Shown here piece after piece: positions 10,251 to 18,758 of a DNA stretch of 64,000 bases; within the stretch, counting starts at the first letter, position 1; every line of letters starts with the position of its first letter. Both the position numbers and the translations under genes were made by a program. Origin of the DNA: an uncultured Bacteroidales bacterium (GTDB lineage: Bacteria; Bacteroidota; Bacteroidia; Bacteroidales; Bacteroidaceae); assembly GCA_902799685.1 (NCBI GenBank), contig CADCBO010000011.1:1524-65523 (forward strand), given 5' to 3'. The notes beneath the pieces were generated by a model. The model was not told the origin of the DNA. It searched no databases and saw only the letters and a list, made by a program, of their open reading frames with translations.

Positions 10251-10258
10251 TAATTTTG
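10251..10258 (+). promoter_or_regulatory. Candidate -7 box TAATTTTG for pyrBI
   Basis: Exact TAnnTTTG 25 nt upstream of the ATG at 10283. It overlaps the TTG start of the ORF-track model, which argues for the 10283 start. Confidence 0.4.
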
Positions 10259-10282
10259 GACTCCAAAACAAACTATACGCAA

Positions 10283-11203
10283 ATGGACCAAACAGGCAGG
10301 AGTCTGATATCGCTTGAGGGGCTTGACAGGGAGGATATCCTGTGGCTTCTTAACCATGCGGCACGGTTCGAGGCCGATCCCAACAGGAAGATTCTGGACG
10401 GCAAGATAGTGGCCACGCTTTTTTTCGAGCCATCCACAAGGACACGACTCAGTTTTGAAACCGCAGTGAACCGCCTGGGCGGCCGGGTGATAGGCTTTTC
10501 GGATGCCGCTACCACCAGCTCATCAAAAGGTGAGACACTCAAGGATACCATAATGATGGTAAGCAATTACGCCGACCTGATAATAATGCGCCACTATCTG
10601 GAGGGTGCCGCCCGATACGCCAGCGAGGTGTCGCCGGTACCAATCATCAACGCGGGCGACGGAGCCAACCAGCATCCCTCACAGACCATGCTGGACCTCT
10701 ATTCCATGCTCAAGACGCAAGGCAGGCTGGACAACCTTAACATCTATCTGGTGGGCGACCTCAAGTATGGCCGTACAGTACATTCCATGCTCACGGCCAT
10801 GAGGTTCTTCAGCCCCACCTTCCATTTTATATCACCCGACGAGCTGAAAATGCCCGAGGAATACAAGGAGTACTGTCGCAAGAACGGCATAAAGTTCCAG
10901 GAGCATTCGACATTCGACGAGGAGACTATAGCCGACGCCGACATCCTGTACATGACCCGTGTGCAGCGTGAGCGTTTTACCGACCTGATGGAATATGAGC
11001 GCGTCAAGGACATGTTCATTCTGCGCAATGACATGCTCAGGAACACCAGGCCGAACCTGAAGATACTCCATCCCCTGCCCAGAGTAAACGAGATAGCACA
11101 GGACGTTGACGCAAATCCCAAGGCATACTATTTCCAGCAGGCCAAGAACGGACTGTATGTCCGCGAAGCCCTTATCTGCAATGCGTTGAACCTTCTTAAC
11201 TGA
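10283..11203 (+). CDS. pyrB: Aspartate carbamoyltransferase catalytic subunit
   Basis: Motifs [13 protein letters not shown] and HPLPR. The start is moved from the TTG at 10256 to the first ATG because of the -7 box. Confidence 0.9.
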   Translation: MDQTGRSLISLEGLDREDILWLLNHAARFEADPNRKILDGKIVATLFFEPSTRTRLSFETAVNRLGGRVIGFSDAATTSSSKGETLKDTIMMVSNYADLIIMRHYLEGAARYASEVSPVPIINAGDGANQHPSQTMLDLYSMLKTQGRLDNLNIYLVGDLKYGRTVHSMLTAMRFFSPTFHFISPDELKMPEEYKEYCRKNGIKFQEHSTFDEETIADADILYMTRVQRERFTDLMEYERVKDMFILRNDMLRNTRPNLKILHPLPRVNEIAQDVDANPKAYYFQQAKNGLYVREALICNALNLLN

Positions 11204-11208
11204 GCGCT

Positions 11209-11673
11209 ATGGAAAAGACCCGAAAATCTGAATTGCTTGTTGCTGCACTGCAAAACGGTACGGTAATAGACCACATACCGTCGGACAAGGTGTTTGACGT
11301 GGTAAATCTGCTTGGACTTACCAGCATTGACACCCCCATAACCATAGGTGCTAACCTGAGCAGCCACAAGATGGGAAGCAAAGGCATAATCAAGATAGCT
11401 GACCGCTATTTCACTGAAAAGGAGTGCAGTAAGCTGTCTGTCATAGCACCCAACATAGTCATGAGCATCATACGCGACTATGAGGTAGTTGAAAAGAAGA
11501 GAATTTCCATGCCTAACGAGATATGCGGCATAGTAAAATGCGGAAATCCCAAGTGCATAACCAACCACGAACCCATGCAGACCGTGTTCGATGTGGTTGA
11601 CAAGGATAACGGTACGTTGCGCTGCCGGTATTGCAACAAGGATATCCATAAAGGTGAGATAAAACTTCTGTAA
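11209..11673 (+). CDS. pyrI: Aspartate carbamoyltransferase regulatory subunit
   Basis: 154 aa. C-terminal zinc cluster CGNPKC...CRYC. Lies directly after pyrB. Confidence 0.9.
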   Translation: MEKTRKSELLVAALQNGTVIDHIPSDKVFDVVNLLGLTSIDTPITIGANLSSHKMGSKGIIKIADRYFTEKECSKLSVIAPNIVMSIIRDYEVVEKKRISMPNEICGIVKCGNPKCITNHEPMQTVFDVVDKDNGTLRCRYCNKDIHKGEIKLL

Positions 11674-12407
11674 TGAATAAAAGGTTTGTGTGGGCAATGG
11701 CATGTGCAATCATTCCAGCAGTGATGACGCATGCCATGCAACCTTCAGATAAAGATAAAGATAAAGACAACGGCATACCGTCTGTCGTATGGGGAGCCCG
11801 TATAGGATTCGCCGCCACCAGCACCTACATGACAGACATATTCATTGACGGACACTCCATGTCTGAATACACGCAGGATACGCAAGTGGGGAATTTTGCA
11901 TCACTGCAGCTGAGACTGAATTCAAAAAGACTGCTTTTCCAGACAGGCGTTGGACTTAGCCTTAACAAATCATCATTCATAATTGACAAGAACAGCTGGG
12001 ACGAGGAATCCGGTTCCAGAAACGAGATGACGTATTCATACTCCATGAAATCACTGCTGGTTCCCGTGCAGATAGGATACCATTTCGTAAACCAGCCACC
12101 ATACAGCATGTCTGTTTTTACAGGCCCGCGACTGAGATATATTCCCGACAAATATTATACGGTAGAATACAGTAATATGGCGCCCGCCCCGTACCAGTTC
12201 AGCGAATCGCCCAACAACCTGATTATGGGATGGACCTTAGGGTTAAGCATACAGATAGGCAGGACATTCCTAGATTTTGAGTATGAGGCAACAATAAGCA
12301 AGGTAACCCGGGGCATGTACGCCACAAATGAAAGTGAACCGGACCCTAATTACAGGCTTGACCGACGGGTAGGCATAATATCCTTTTCATACGGAATCAT
12401 GTTCTAA
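11673..12407 (+). CDS. Outer-membrane beta-barrel (porin-family) protein
   Basis: Signal peptide, alternating hydrophobic beta-strand pattern and C-terminal aromatic residue (..YGIMF). The ATG overlaps the pyrI TAA (TAATG). Confidence 0.6.
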   Translation: MNKRFVWAMACAIIPAVMTHAMQPSDKDKDKDNGIPSVVWGARIGFAATSTYMTDIFIDGHSMSEYTQDTQVGNFASLQLRLNSKRLLFQTGVGLSLNKSSFIIDKNSWDEESGSRNEMTYSYSMKSLLVPVQIGYHFVNQPPYSMSVFTGPRLRYIPDKYYTVEYSNMAPAPYQFSESPNNLIMGWTLGLSIQIGRTFLDFEYEATISKVTRGMYATNESEPDPNYRLDRRVGIISFSYGIMF

Positions 12408-12435
12408 AGGATTTAAAACCAACTTTACTATAAAA

Positions 12436-13716
12436 ATGAAAAGAGACCAAGAGATTTTTGACATCATTGAGCGCGAACATCAGCGCCAAGCTAAAGGCAT
12501 TGAACTGATTGCCTCCGAGAATTTTGTTAGCGACCAGGTTATGCAGGCCATGGGCTCATGCCTGACCAACAAGTATGCCGAGGGTTATCCAGGCAAGCGC
12601 TATTACGGCGGCTGCGAGGTTGTTGACGAGGCTGAGAACCTAGCAATTGCACGTATCAAGAAGCTGTTCGGCGCAGAGTACGCAAACGTACAGCCCCACT
12701 CAGGCGCACAGGCTAACGCAGCCGTACTTCAGGCTGTACTTATGCCCGGCGAAACCTTCATGGGTCTTAACCTTGCACACGGAGGGCACCTGTCACACGG
12801 TTCAGCCGTAAACTCATCAGGCATACTGTATCACGCTGTAGGCTATGACCTGAATCCTGAGACCGGACGTGTTGACTATGACAAGATGGAGCAGCTTGCC
12901 CTTGAGGTCAAGCCCAAACTCATAATAGGCGGCGGATCAGCTTACTCACGCGAATGGGACTACGCACGCATGCGCAAGATAGCTGATAAGGTTGGCGCTC
13001 TCCTTATGATAGACATGGCACACCCGGCAGGACTCATTGCAGCAGGTCTGCTTGAGAACCCGGTCAAGTACGCCCATATAGTAACATCCACCACCCACAA
13101 GACACTGCGCGGTCCGCGCGGTGGTATCATACTACTGGGTAAGGACTTTGAGGATCCCCGCGGACGCAAGACCCCCAAGGGTGAGACCAAGATGATGTCA
13201 CAGCTCATAGACTCAGCTGTGTTCCCCGGAACGCAGGGGGGCCCGCTGGAGCACGTGATTGCCGCCAAGGCCGTAGCATTCGGCGAGGCTCTGCAGCCCG
13301 AATTCAAGGAGTATCAGATTCAGGTCCAGAAGAACGCCAGGAAGCTGGCCGAGGAACTGACCAAGCGCGGCTTCACAATTGTATCAGGCGGCACAGACAA
13401 CCACAGCATGCTGGTTGACCTTCGCTCAAAGTATCCCGATCTGACAGGTAAAGTTGCAGAAAAGGCACTTGTGGCAGCCGACATCACAGCAAACAAGAAC
13501 ATGGTTCCGTTTGATTCACGCAGCGCGTTCCAGACTTCAGGCTTGAGATTCGGCACTCCCGCCATTACCACACGTGGAGCCAAGGAGGACCTGATGGTTG
13601 TCATAGCCGAAATGATTGAGGAAGTACTCAATGCTCCGGAGGATGAGGCTGTAATTGCAAAAGTACGTGCCAGGGTGAACAATATTATGAAAGATTACCC
13701 TATGTTTGCCTATTGA
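12436..13716 (+). CDS. glyA: Serine hydroxymethyltransferase
   Basis: PLP-lysine motif [14 protein letters not shown]. Length is 426 aa. Confidence 0.95.
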   Translation: MKRDQEIFDIIEREHQRQAKGIELIASENFVSDQVMQAMGSCLTNKYAEGYPGKRYYGGCEVVDEAENLAIARIKKLFGAEYANVQPHSGAQANAAVLQAVLMPGETFMGLNLAHGGHLSHGSAVNSSGILYHAVGYDLNPETGRVDYDKMEQLALEVKPKLIIGGGSAYSREWDYARMRKIADKVGALLMIDMAHPAGLIAAGLLENPVKYAHIVTSTTHKTLRGPRGGIILLGKDFEDPRGRKTPKGETKMMSQLIDSAVFPGTQGGPLEHVIAAKAVAFGEALQPEFKEYQIQVQKNARKLAEELTKRGFTIVSGGTDNHSMLVDLRSKYPDLTGKVAEKALVAADITANKNMVPFDSRSAFQTSGLRFGTPAITTRGAKEDLMVVIAEMIEEVLNAPEDEAVIAKVRARVNNIMKDYPMFAY

Positions 13717-13745
13717 CACGTAAAGTCTCTGTAAGTTAATAACTT

Positions 13746-13777
13746 AAGCCCGGCCTATGGTCGGGCTTTATATTTTT
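13746..13777 (+). terminator. Intrinsic terminator after glyA
   Basis: Stem aagcccg (13746-13752) pairs with cgggctt (13762-13768) and can be extended inward. Followed by a T-rich run. Confidence 0.7.
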
Positions 13778-13841
13778 GCAATATTGTGAAATTAAAAATT
13801 TTTGATGATTTTGCAATAATTTTTTGCAGAATTGTAAAATT
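13775..13841 (+). promoter_or_regulatory. Pair of 19-nt direct repeats (TTTGCAATATTGTGAAATT / TTTGCAGAATTGTAAAATT)
   Basis: Copies at 13775-13793 and 13823-13841 are 16/19 identical with 48-nt spacing. The region holds four TTTGCA(A/G) words, at 13775, 13810, 13823 and 13850. Exact TAnnTTTG boxes end at the TTTG of the first (13771-13778) and fourth (13846-13853); the other two are one-mismatch -7-like boxes. Confidence 0.4.
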
Positions 13842-13845
13842 GTCG

Positions 13846-13853
13846 TATATTTG
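13846..13853 (+). promoter_or_regulatory. Candidate -7 box TATATTTG for the lipoprotein/AraC/receiver operon
   Basis: Exact TAnnTTTG 20 nt upstream of the ATG at 13873. Confidence 0.4.
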
Positions 13854-13872
13854 CAATGAAAAATCACTCAAT

Positions 13873-14991
13873 ATGAAAAGAACAATCACATTAGGGACTA
13901 TTTTAGCGATTGTCGTTTTCACAATCATTTCGTGCACAGTCAACGACGAAATGGAGTCTTTTGACGGATTCGAAGATAAGAAGGACGTCAGCTTTGATGT
14001 AGTCATCTCAAAAGAAGGACGCATCGGAACAAGAGCAGAAAACGGGTATGAAAACTTTGCCACGGAAAATGACCAGGAGGCCAAGCTGGATCCCAGCAAG
14101 CCTTTCGGACTCATGGGCATAGACGCAAAGACCAATGCCATCCTTATTAATAATGAGCGGGTCTTTGAAAACGCAGGCATCAGATCAAAAACCTTCAATT
14201 CAAGAAACTGGTACAGCACGGAAACCATACTCTTGAGCGCATATTACCCGTATGTGGATGAAACGGAATTCCTGGCTGGCAACCGCACTTACATGATACC
14301 ATACCGTCAGGAAGACACACAGGCCGGTCCGCTTGTATCAAGACCGGTGGAGCGCAGCACATCATACATGGATGTGATACCGCTTGTGTTCCGCCACATC
14401 ACCAATGACATAGGTTTCCGCATATGCGACATAACCTATGATCCGGCACTTCAGGGACACATCAGGATAAGGAAACTTTCCGCACACAACGTGGCAACCG
14501 AGGGCTATTACATTGACTCCATAGGAAACAATGGCGGAAGATGGGTCCAGAAAGTAATCCGTGACGAGGTTCCGGTATTTGAAGGCAATGCCCGCGTAGG
14601 CGTGGGAACGGAGAATGAGATGTTCGTAGGAATAGACAATCTGGTTCCTGACCGCAAGCACAGCAGCCGTTTCTATTCCGTACCGGATGAAATAAGGATG
14701 GGCAAACAATACATTGAAGTGGTATTTGACGTGGATGAATTTGATTACAACGGACAGCATATGAGAGAGCTGAAAGACCAGGTGCAGAAGTTTCCCATAT
14801 ACGGTGTACTTCCCGGCAACAGCTATATATGCGGCAAACAATACACTTTCCATCTTGGACTGGACCTGGCCACATTATACCAGGCCATAGAGTTTACGGC
14901 AACTGTAGCAGACTGGGAAAACAATTACTCAGTTGACATAAACAGCGTATGGGGAGAAAACAAGATTTATGAAGACAATGACTTTTTCTGA
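13873..14991 (+). CDS. Lipoprotein, fimbrillin (FimA/Mfa-like) family candidate
   Basis: Signal peptide with lipobox (..FTIISC). About 370 aa, beta-rich, with the overall layout of Bacteroidales fimbrillin-family proteins. The family call is by resemblance only. Start moved to the Met preceding the signal peptide. Confidence 0.55.
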   Translation: MKRTITLGTILAIVVFTIISCTVNDEMESFDGFEDKKDVSFDVVISKEGRIGTRAENGYENFATENDQEAKLDPSKPFGLMGIDAKTNAILINNERVFENAGIRSKTFNSRNWYSTETILLSAYYPYVDETEFLAGNRTYMIPYRQEDTQAGPLVSRPVERSTSYMDVIPLVFRHITNDIGFRICDITYDPALQGHIRIRKLSAHNVATEGYYIDSIGNNGGRWVQKVIRDEVPVFEGNARVGVGTENEMFVGIDNLVPDRKHSSRFYSVPDEIRMGKQYIEVVFDVDEFDYNGQHMRELKDQVQKFPIYGVLPGNSYICGKQYTFHLGLDLATLYQAIEFTATVADWENNYSVDINSVWGENKIYEDNDFF

Positions 14992-15003
14992 TAAAGCACT
15001 CAC

Positions 15004-16155
15004 ATGTTCATAACAGTGATTTCATTCTTGCCGTTCGCGGCATGTCTCTTCTGGCTTGTCCTGAATCCTCTCACCCAAAAAGGTGAAAAGGCGTTCAGGA
15101 CACTTGAGGTTTTGTTGGGCACAGTAGGAATAGTATCAATGGCACAAGCCGGCATATCATGCAGCAACGGGAACACAATGCTGTCATTTTTCCTTATAAA
15201 ACAGTTTTTTGCACCCCTACTCATTCCGGTTGCGATATTATACATCAACAGCCTGTTGCCGGACAAAGGACCGCAACCGGCCATACAAGCCTGGATTGCA
15301 ATACCCGTGGCTCTGCTGTTTGCCGAATCCATTCTGATAATGCTTTCGGGAACAGACGTTTTTGTAGACGCCATAGGCAAAACACCTGCAGGAGGCAGAT
15401 ATGACAGGATTGAGAATCTGATACATCTTTGTTCATTCTGGGTGTTTTACATAGTTTTGGCAGCACAATTGCTTATCTGGGTTGTATTCATTGTCATAAA
15501 AACAGCAAAAGGAACCCGGCACATACAGCTCTTTAACTGTACTGCAGTCATCATTGCATTGACTGTCCTGGAAATCACAGGCATTACCACGGGTGTATCG
15601 ACCCTGTTTTCGGCACTCATCGTTCTCATTCTGTCATGTGCCATATACTATACCTCATATAAAGGTGTATTCCATGTCATGGCCAATATACAGCAGCCGG
15701 AAACAAAAATGGAAATGGAAGCGGAAACGGAAAAGAGACACCGGACCGCCGAATCACCCAAAGAATCCGGCGGGATAATAGCCGACGCTCATCAGAGCCA
15801 GGCCGATGAAGAGGATCTGAGAATAAGGTTTGAAGACCTGATAGTAACCGAGCAGCTGTTCCTAAAACAGGGAATTCGCATTTCGGATATCGCTTCCAGG
15901 CTTGAAACCAACAGAACATACGTTTCCAGATTGGTCAACAACACCTACAACATGAGTTTCTCTGATTACATAAACACCCTGAGGATAGACTACGCCGAAC
16001 AGTATCTGTTGCATCACAGGGATGCCAAGCAATCGGACATAGCCGAGGCATGCGGTTTTCCCAACGCATCGGCTTTTAACAACGTATTCAAAAAGATAAC
16101 TGGTGTCACCCCAAAGATTTGGCTGGCCAGTAACAATAACCATAATCCGGAATAG
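15004..16155 (+). CDS. Membrane-anchored AraC-family transcriptional regulator
   Basis: About 6 hydrophobic helices in the first 220 aa, then an acidic linker, then an AraC double HTH (ISDIASRLETNRTYVSRLV ... IAEACGFPNASAFNNVFKKITGVTP). Confidence 0.8.
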   Translation: MFITVISFLPFAACLFWLVLNPLTQKGEKAFRTLEVLLGTVGIVSMAQAGISCSNGNTMLSFFLIKQFFAPLLIPVAILYINSLLPDKGPQPAIQAWIAIPVALLFAESILIMLSGTDVFVDAIGKTPAGGRYDRIENLIHLCSFWVFYIVLAAQLLIWVVFIVIKTAKGTRHIQLFNCTAVIIALTVLEITGITTGVSTLFSALIVLILSCAIYYTSYKGVFHVMANIQQPETKMEMEAETEKRHRTAESPKESGGIIADAHQSQADEEDLRIRFEDLIVTEQLFLKQGIRISDIASRLETNRTYVSRLVNNTYNMSFSDYINTLRIDYAEQYLLHHRDAKQSDIAEACGFPNASAFNNVFKKITGVTPKIWLASNNNHNPE

Positions 16156-16157
16156 AG

Positions 16158-16550
16158 ATGGACAACAGGAAAGACTATTCAAAATACTCAGTACTGATTG
16201 TTGACGACATACCCGTCAACATAATCCTGCTCAAGACCATGTTGGCCAGGACCAACGTCAGGATTCTCACTGCAGTAAACGGCCGTGATGCGCTTGATAT
16301 AGTTCGCCAGCTCAGGCCTCATGTAGTGCTTCTTGACATACAGATGCCAATAATGAACGGCCTGGAGGTGCTTAAAGAGATAAAGGCTGACCCGACACTT
16401 AAGGATATATCCGTCATAATGGTGTCGGCTTATACATCAGCCGAAGACATAGAGCAATCCATGAGTCTTGGAGCCTCCGGATACATCAAGAAACCGGTAA
16501 TTATGGATTTGTTGCTGTCAACTGTCACCGCCGAGCTCGATAAAATTTGA
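16158..16550 (+). CDS. Single-domain response regulator (receiver only)
   Basis: 130 aa. CheY-like VLIVDDIP...LLDIQMP...SAY...KKP with no output domain. Starts 3 nt after the AraC stop. Confidence 0.85.
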   Translation: MDNRKDYSKYSVLIVDDIPVNIILLKTMLARTNVRILTAVNGRDALDIVRQLRPHVVLLDIQMPIMNGLEVLKEIKADPTLKDISVIMVSAYTSAEDIEQSMSLGASGYIKKPVIMDLLLSTVTAELDKI

Positions 16551-16567
16551 TTATTTGCAAAAACTGC

Positions 16568-16575
16568 CTATATTT
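16568..16575 (+). promoter_or_regulatory. Candidate -7 box TATATTTG for the second receiver gene
   Basis: Exact TAnnTTTG 27 nt upstream of the ATG at 16602. Confidence 0.35.
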
Positions 16576-16601
16576 GCGCAATCAACTAAGGGCTATAATA
16601 T

Positions 16602-17021
16602 ATGACACCTACTGACATCAAGAATATTGACTTATCCAAGCACACCGTACTGGCAGTTGACGACATTCCTATGAACCTGCTTCTCATAAGCAAGATCCTG
16701 TCACGTCTGAACATCACTATAAGCACTGCCAATAACGGCAGGGAGGCTTTGGATTTCATTGCCAAGAACAAGCCCAGTCTGGTTCTGCTGGATCTGATGA
16801 TGCCGGAGATAGACGGTTATGAAGTGCTTAAACGCTTAAGGGAAAACCCTGATACAAAAGACATTAGAGTGGTGATCCTATCCGCACTCAATTCTAACGA
16901 GGATATTGTCAAAGGATTCAGCCTGGGTGCCAATGACTTTATCACAAAACCAATAATCCTGGAAAAACTGACAAGCTGCGTGGTCACACAACTCCAGCTG
17001 GTTGAACTTGCGGGGAAATAA
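16602..17021 (+). CDS. Single-domain response regulator (receiver only), paralogue of 16158-16550
   Basis: 139 aa. VLAVDDIP...LLDLMMP...SAL...TKP. Roughly 40-45% identical by eye to the upstream receiver. Confidence 0.85.
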   Translation: MTPTDIKNIDLSKHTVLAVDDIPMNLLLISKILSRLNITISTANNGREALDFIAKNKPSLVLLDLMMPEIDGYEVLKRLRENPDTKDIRVVILSALNSNEDIVKGFSLGANDFITKPIILEKLTSCVVTQLQLVELAGK

Positions 17022-17447
17022 TCAGATGTGAATTCCCTTCTCCTTCATCTCAATATCCGCTTTCTTTTTCTCTTCCATCAAAAGCATAAGCAGCCATTCA
17101 CTCTGTTCCTTACTTATGCCAAGATCGCGGCAGGCTGACTCGTACCGGTTCAGCACAGCCTCCTGATAACGGTGATATGTGACAGATTTCTTTATCTCCT
17201 CCTCGATGGTCTCGTGCTCTATCTTATAGCTGTCCTCAAAATACTCCCTGTACGTTTTTTCAGTAACCAGCTTAAGGCAATAGAAAAACATTGCCCCCGT
17301 AAGGATAAAAACGCCCAACACCCCGAATAACAGCGGCACCTTCTGGATCAGACACATCAAAGCCAGCAATCCGCCCACCAGAAAGCATAACACAGCAACA
17401 ACCAGATAGTGGTTCCTGACAACAAAATTCTTTATTCCAGTTTTCAT
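17022..17447 (-). CDS. Small two-TM membrane protein with charged helical tail
   Basis: 141 aa with two hydrophobic helices and then a Glu/Lys-rich helical region. Start overlaps the upstream gene stop by 4 nt. No family recognised. Confidence 0.55.
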   Translation of the reverse strand: MKTGIKNFVVRNHYLVVAVLCFLVGGLLALMCLIQKVPLLFGVLGVFILTGAMFFYCLKLVTEKTYREYFEDSYKIEHETIEEEIKKSVTYHRYQEAVLNRYESACRDLGISKEQSEWLLMLLMEEKKKADIEMKEKGIHI

Positions 17448-18751
17448 ATCAGATCCTTATTTTGCCTGTTCTGTAATATTCTTGTTTTCATATCATTCTC
17501 AAGTTCCTTGGAATCGATAGCCTTACGATAGGCGTTCCGGGCCTCCAGTTCACGACGGTTCCTTTCCCGCAGATTATCCAGGTTCTTCTCCAGACTCCAC
17601 TGTGAGAACAGAATGACAACTGTAACCAGCATGAACAGCAGGATGAACCCGAACATGATGGACATCTCCTGCTGGGACTTAAGACGCTGTGCCTCAAGTC
17701 TGAGTCGGGCATTGTTGAGCTCTGCGTCAAGGATTGCCATATCCTCATTCTGGACAGCGATGTAAATTGAATCCTTGGTTCCCATAAGGCTGTTAAGCTG
17801 ACGGTATGCATTGGGATAATCATCTCCGACGGCATAAATCAGATGTTTCTGGCCAAAGCGGTCCTTGTCACTGGAGAGCGAGTCGGATTTGGCAAGTGCC
17901 TCCTGCAACCGGCCGCATGAACGGAGCCAGCATATCTCAATCATCAACCGAGTATCGCGGTCAGTCTGAGAACGGTACAAAGGATTGTTTATCAGTTCCT
18001 GATATACAGCATTGAAATCATCGGTCCTACCCTGGGCATCATAAAGATAAACCTTGGTCAGCATAGTCTTGACCCTAAGCGAGGGATAGAAATCCTGATA
18101 CTCCTCGGCCATGGAACAGTAATGCTCTACCTGGTCATACCTGCCCAGTTTGATATACTCACGCGCTATCAGATTATATATGACAGGCAGTTCCTGCTCC
18201 TCCTTGGCGCGGATGCTGTATTCGGCGGCCTGCTTGAAATTGAATACTGCAAGCTCGGCATTTGAACGGTAGGACTGTATAAGGCCGATGACCCTGTGTG
18301 CATACATCTGTCCCAGGTTACTGCCTGTTCCCGCGGCAAGCGAAGACATGGCTCTGGCCTCAAGCATGGCATCCGAAATACGTCCCGCCAGTATGAGCAT
18401 ATTGCAGTAGTCGTGCATGGTCAGGAAATAGAACTCACGCATACGGTTGTTATAACCGGACATGGACTTAAGTTCAGAAACTATCTCGTTAACGCGTACG
18501 GTATCATTGCGGATAAACCTGGGCGGCAGTTCAAGAGACAGTGCAAGCATCCTGATTCTGGAGTCATTCTTATGAACTCCATACCGGTAAATGGAATCGG
18601 CCAGTTGGATATTTGACTCGTCAAACTGCCTTATCCTGCCGTTGGCATATTTGAGATACAGCTCATTACCCACGCCCAGACGGTTCCGTATCTGGGCCGA
18701 TGCACATACGCAGGATACAATCATTAATAATATAACCGACAGACGTCTCAT
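17444..18751 (-). CDS. Signal peptide + TPR-like repeat region + single TM + short coiled-coil tail (kinase-less sensor-like protein)
   Basis: MRRLSVILLMIVSCVCASA signal peptide, helical-repeat region of about 330 aa, TM segment MSIMFGFILLFMLVTVVILF, and a 60-aa charged tail. Start moved to the Met preceding the signal peptide (ORF track gave 18838). Confidence 0.6.
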   Translation of the reverse strand: MRRLSVILLMIVSCVCASAQIRNRLGVGNELYLKYANGRIRQFDESNIQLADSIYRYGVHKNDSRIRMLALSLELPPRFIRNDTVRVNEIVSELKSMSGYNNRMREFYFLTMHDYCNMLILAGRISDAMLEARAMSSLAAGTGSNLGQMYAHRVIGLIQSYRSNAELAVFNFKQAAEYSIRAKEEQELPVIYNLIAREYIKLGRYDQVEHYCSMAEEYQDFYPSLRVKTMLTKVYLYDAQGRTDDFNAVYQELINNPLYRSQTDRDTRLMIEICWLRSCGRLQEALAKSDSLSSDKDRFGQKHLIYAVGDDYPNAYRQLNSLMGTKDSIYIAVQNEDMAILDAELNNARLRLEAQRLKSQQEMSIMFGFILLFMLVTVVILFSQWSLEKNLDNLRERNRRELEARNAYRKAIDSKELENDMKTRILQNRQNKDLI

Positions 18752-18758
18752 TACAGTT

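Noticed and set aside
11748-11768. Short tandem DNA repeat (gataaa)n encoding DKDKDKD. A similar case is ggaaatggaagcggaaacggaa near 15706-15735.
   Set aside because: These are low-complexity charged linkers inside coding sequence. They are too short and irregular to be a repeat element or contingency locus.
13786-13872. N-terminal extensions in the ORF track. Affected starts are 13786, 18838, 34778, 46479, 55569 and 63229, plus TTG starts at 10256, 39432 and 58866.
   Set aside because: Internal ATG codons give canonical signal peptides or conserved N-termini. Several extensions would run through -7 boxes, a terminator or the palindromic repeat.
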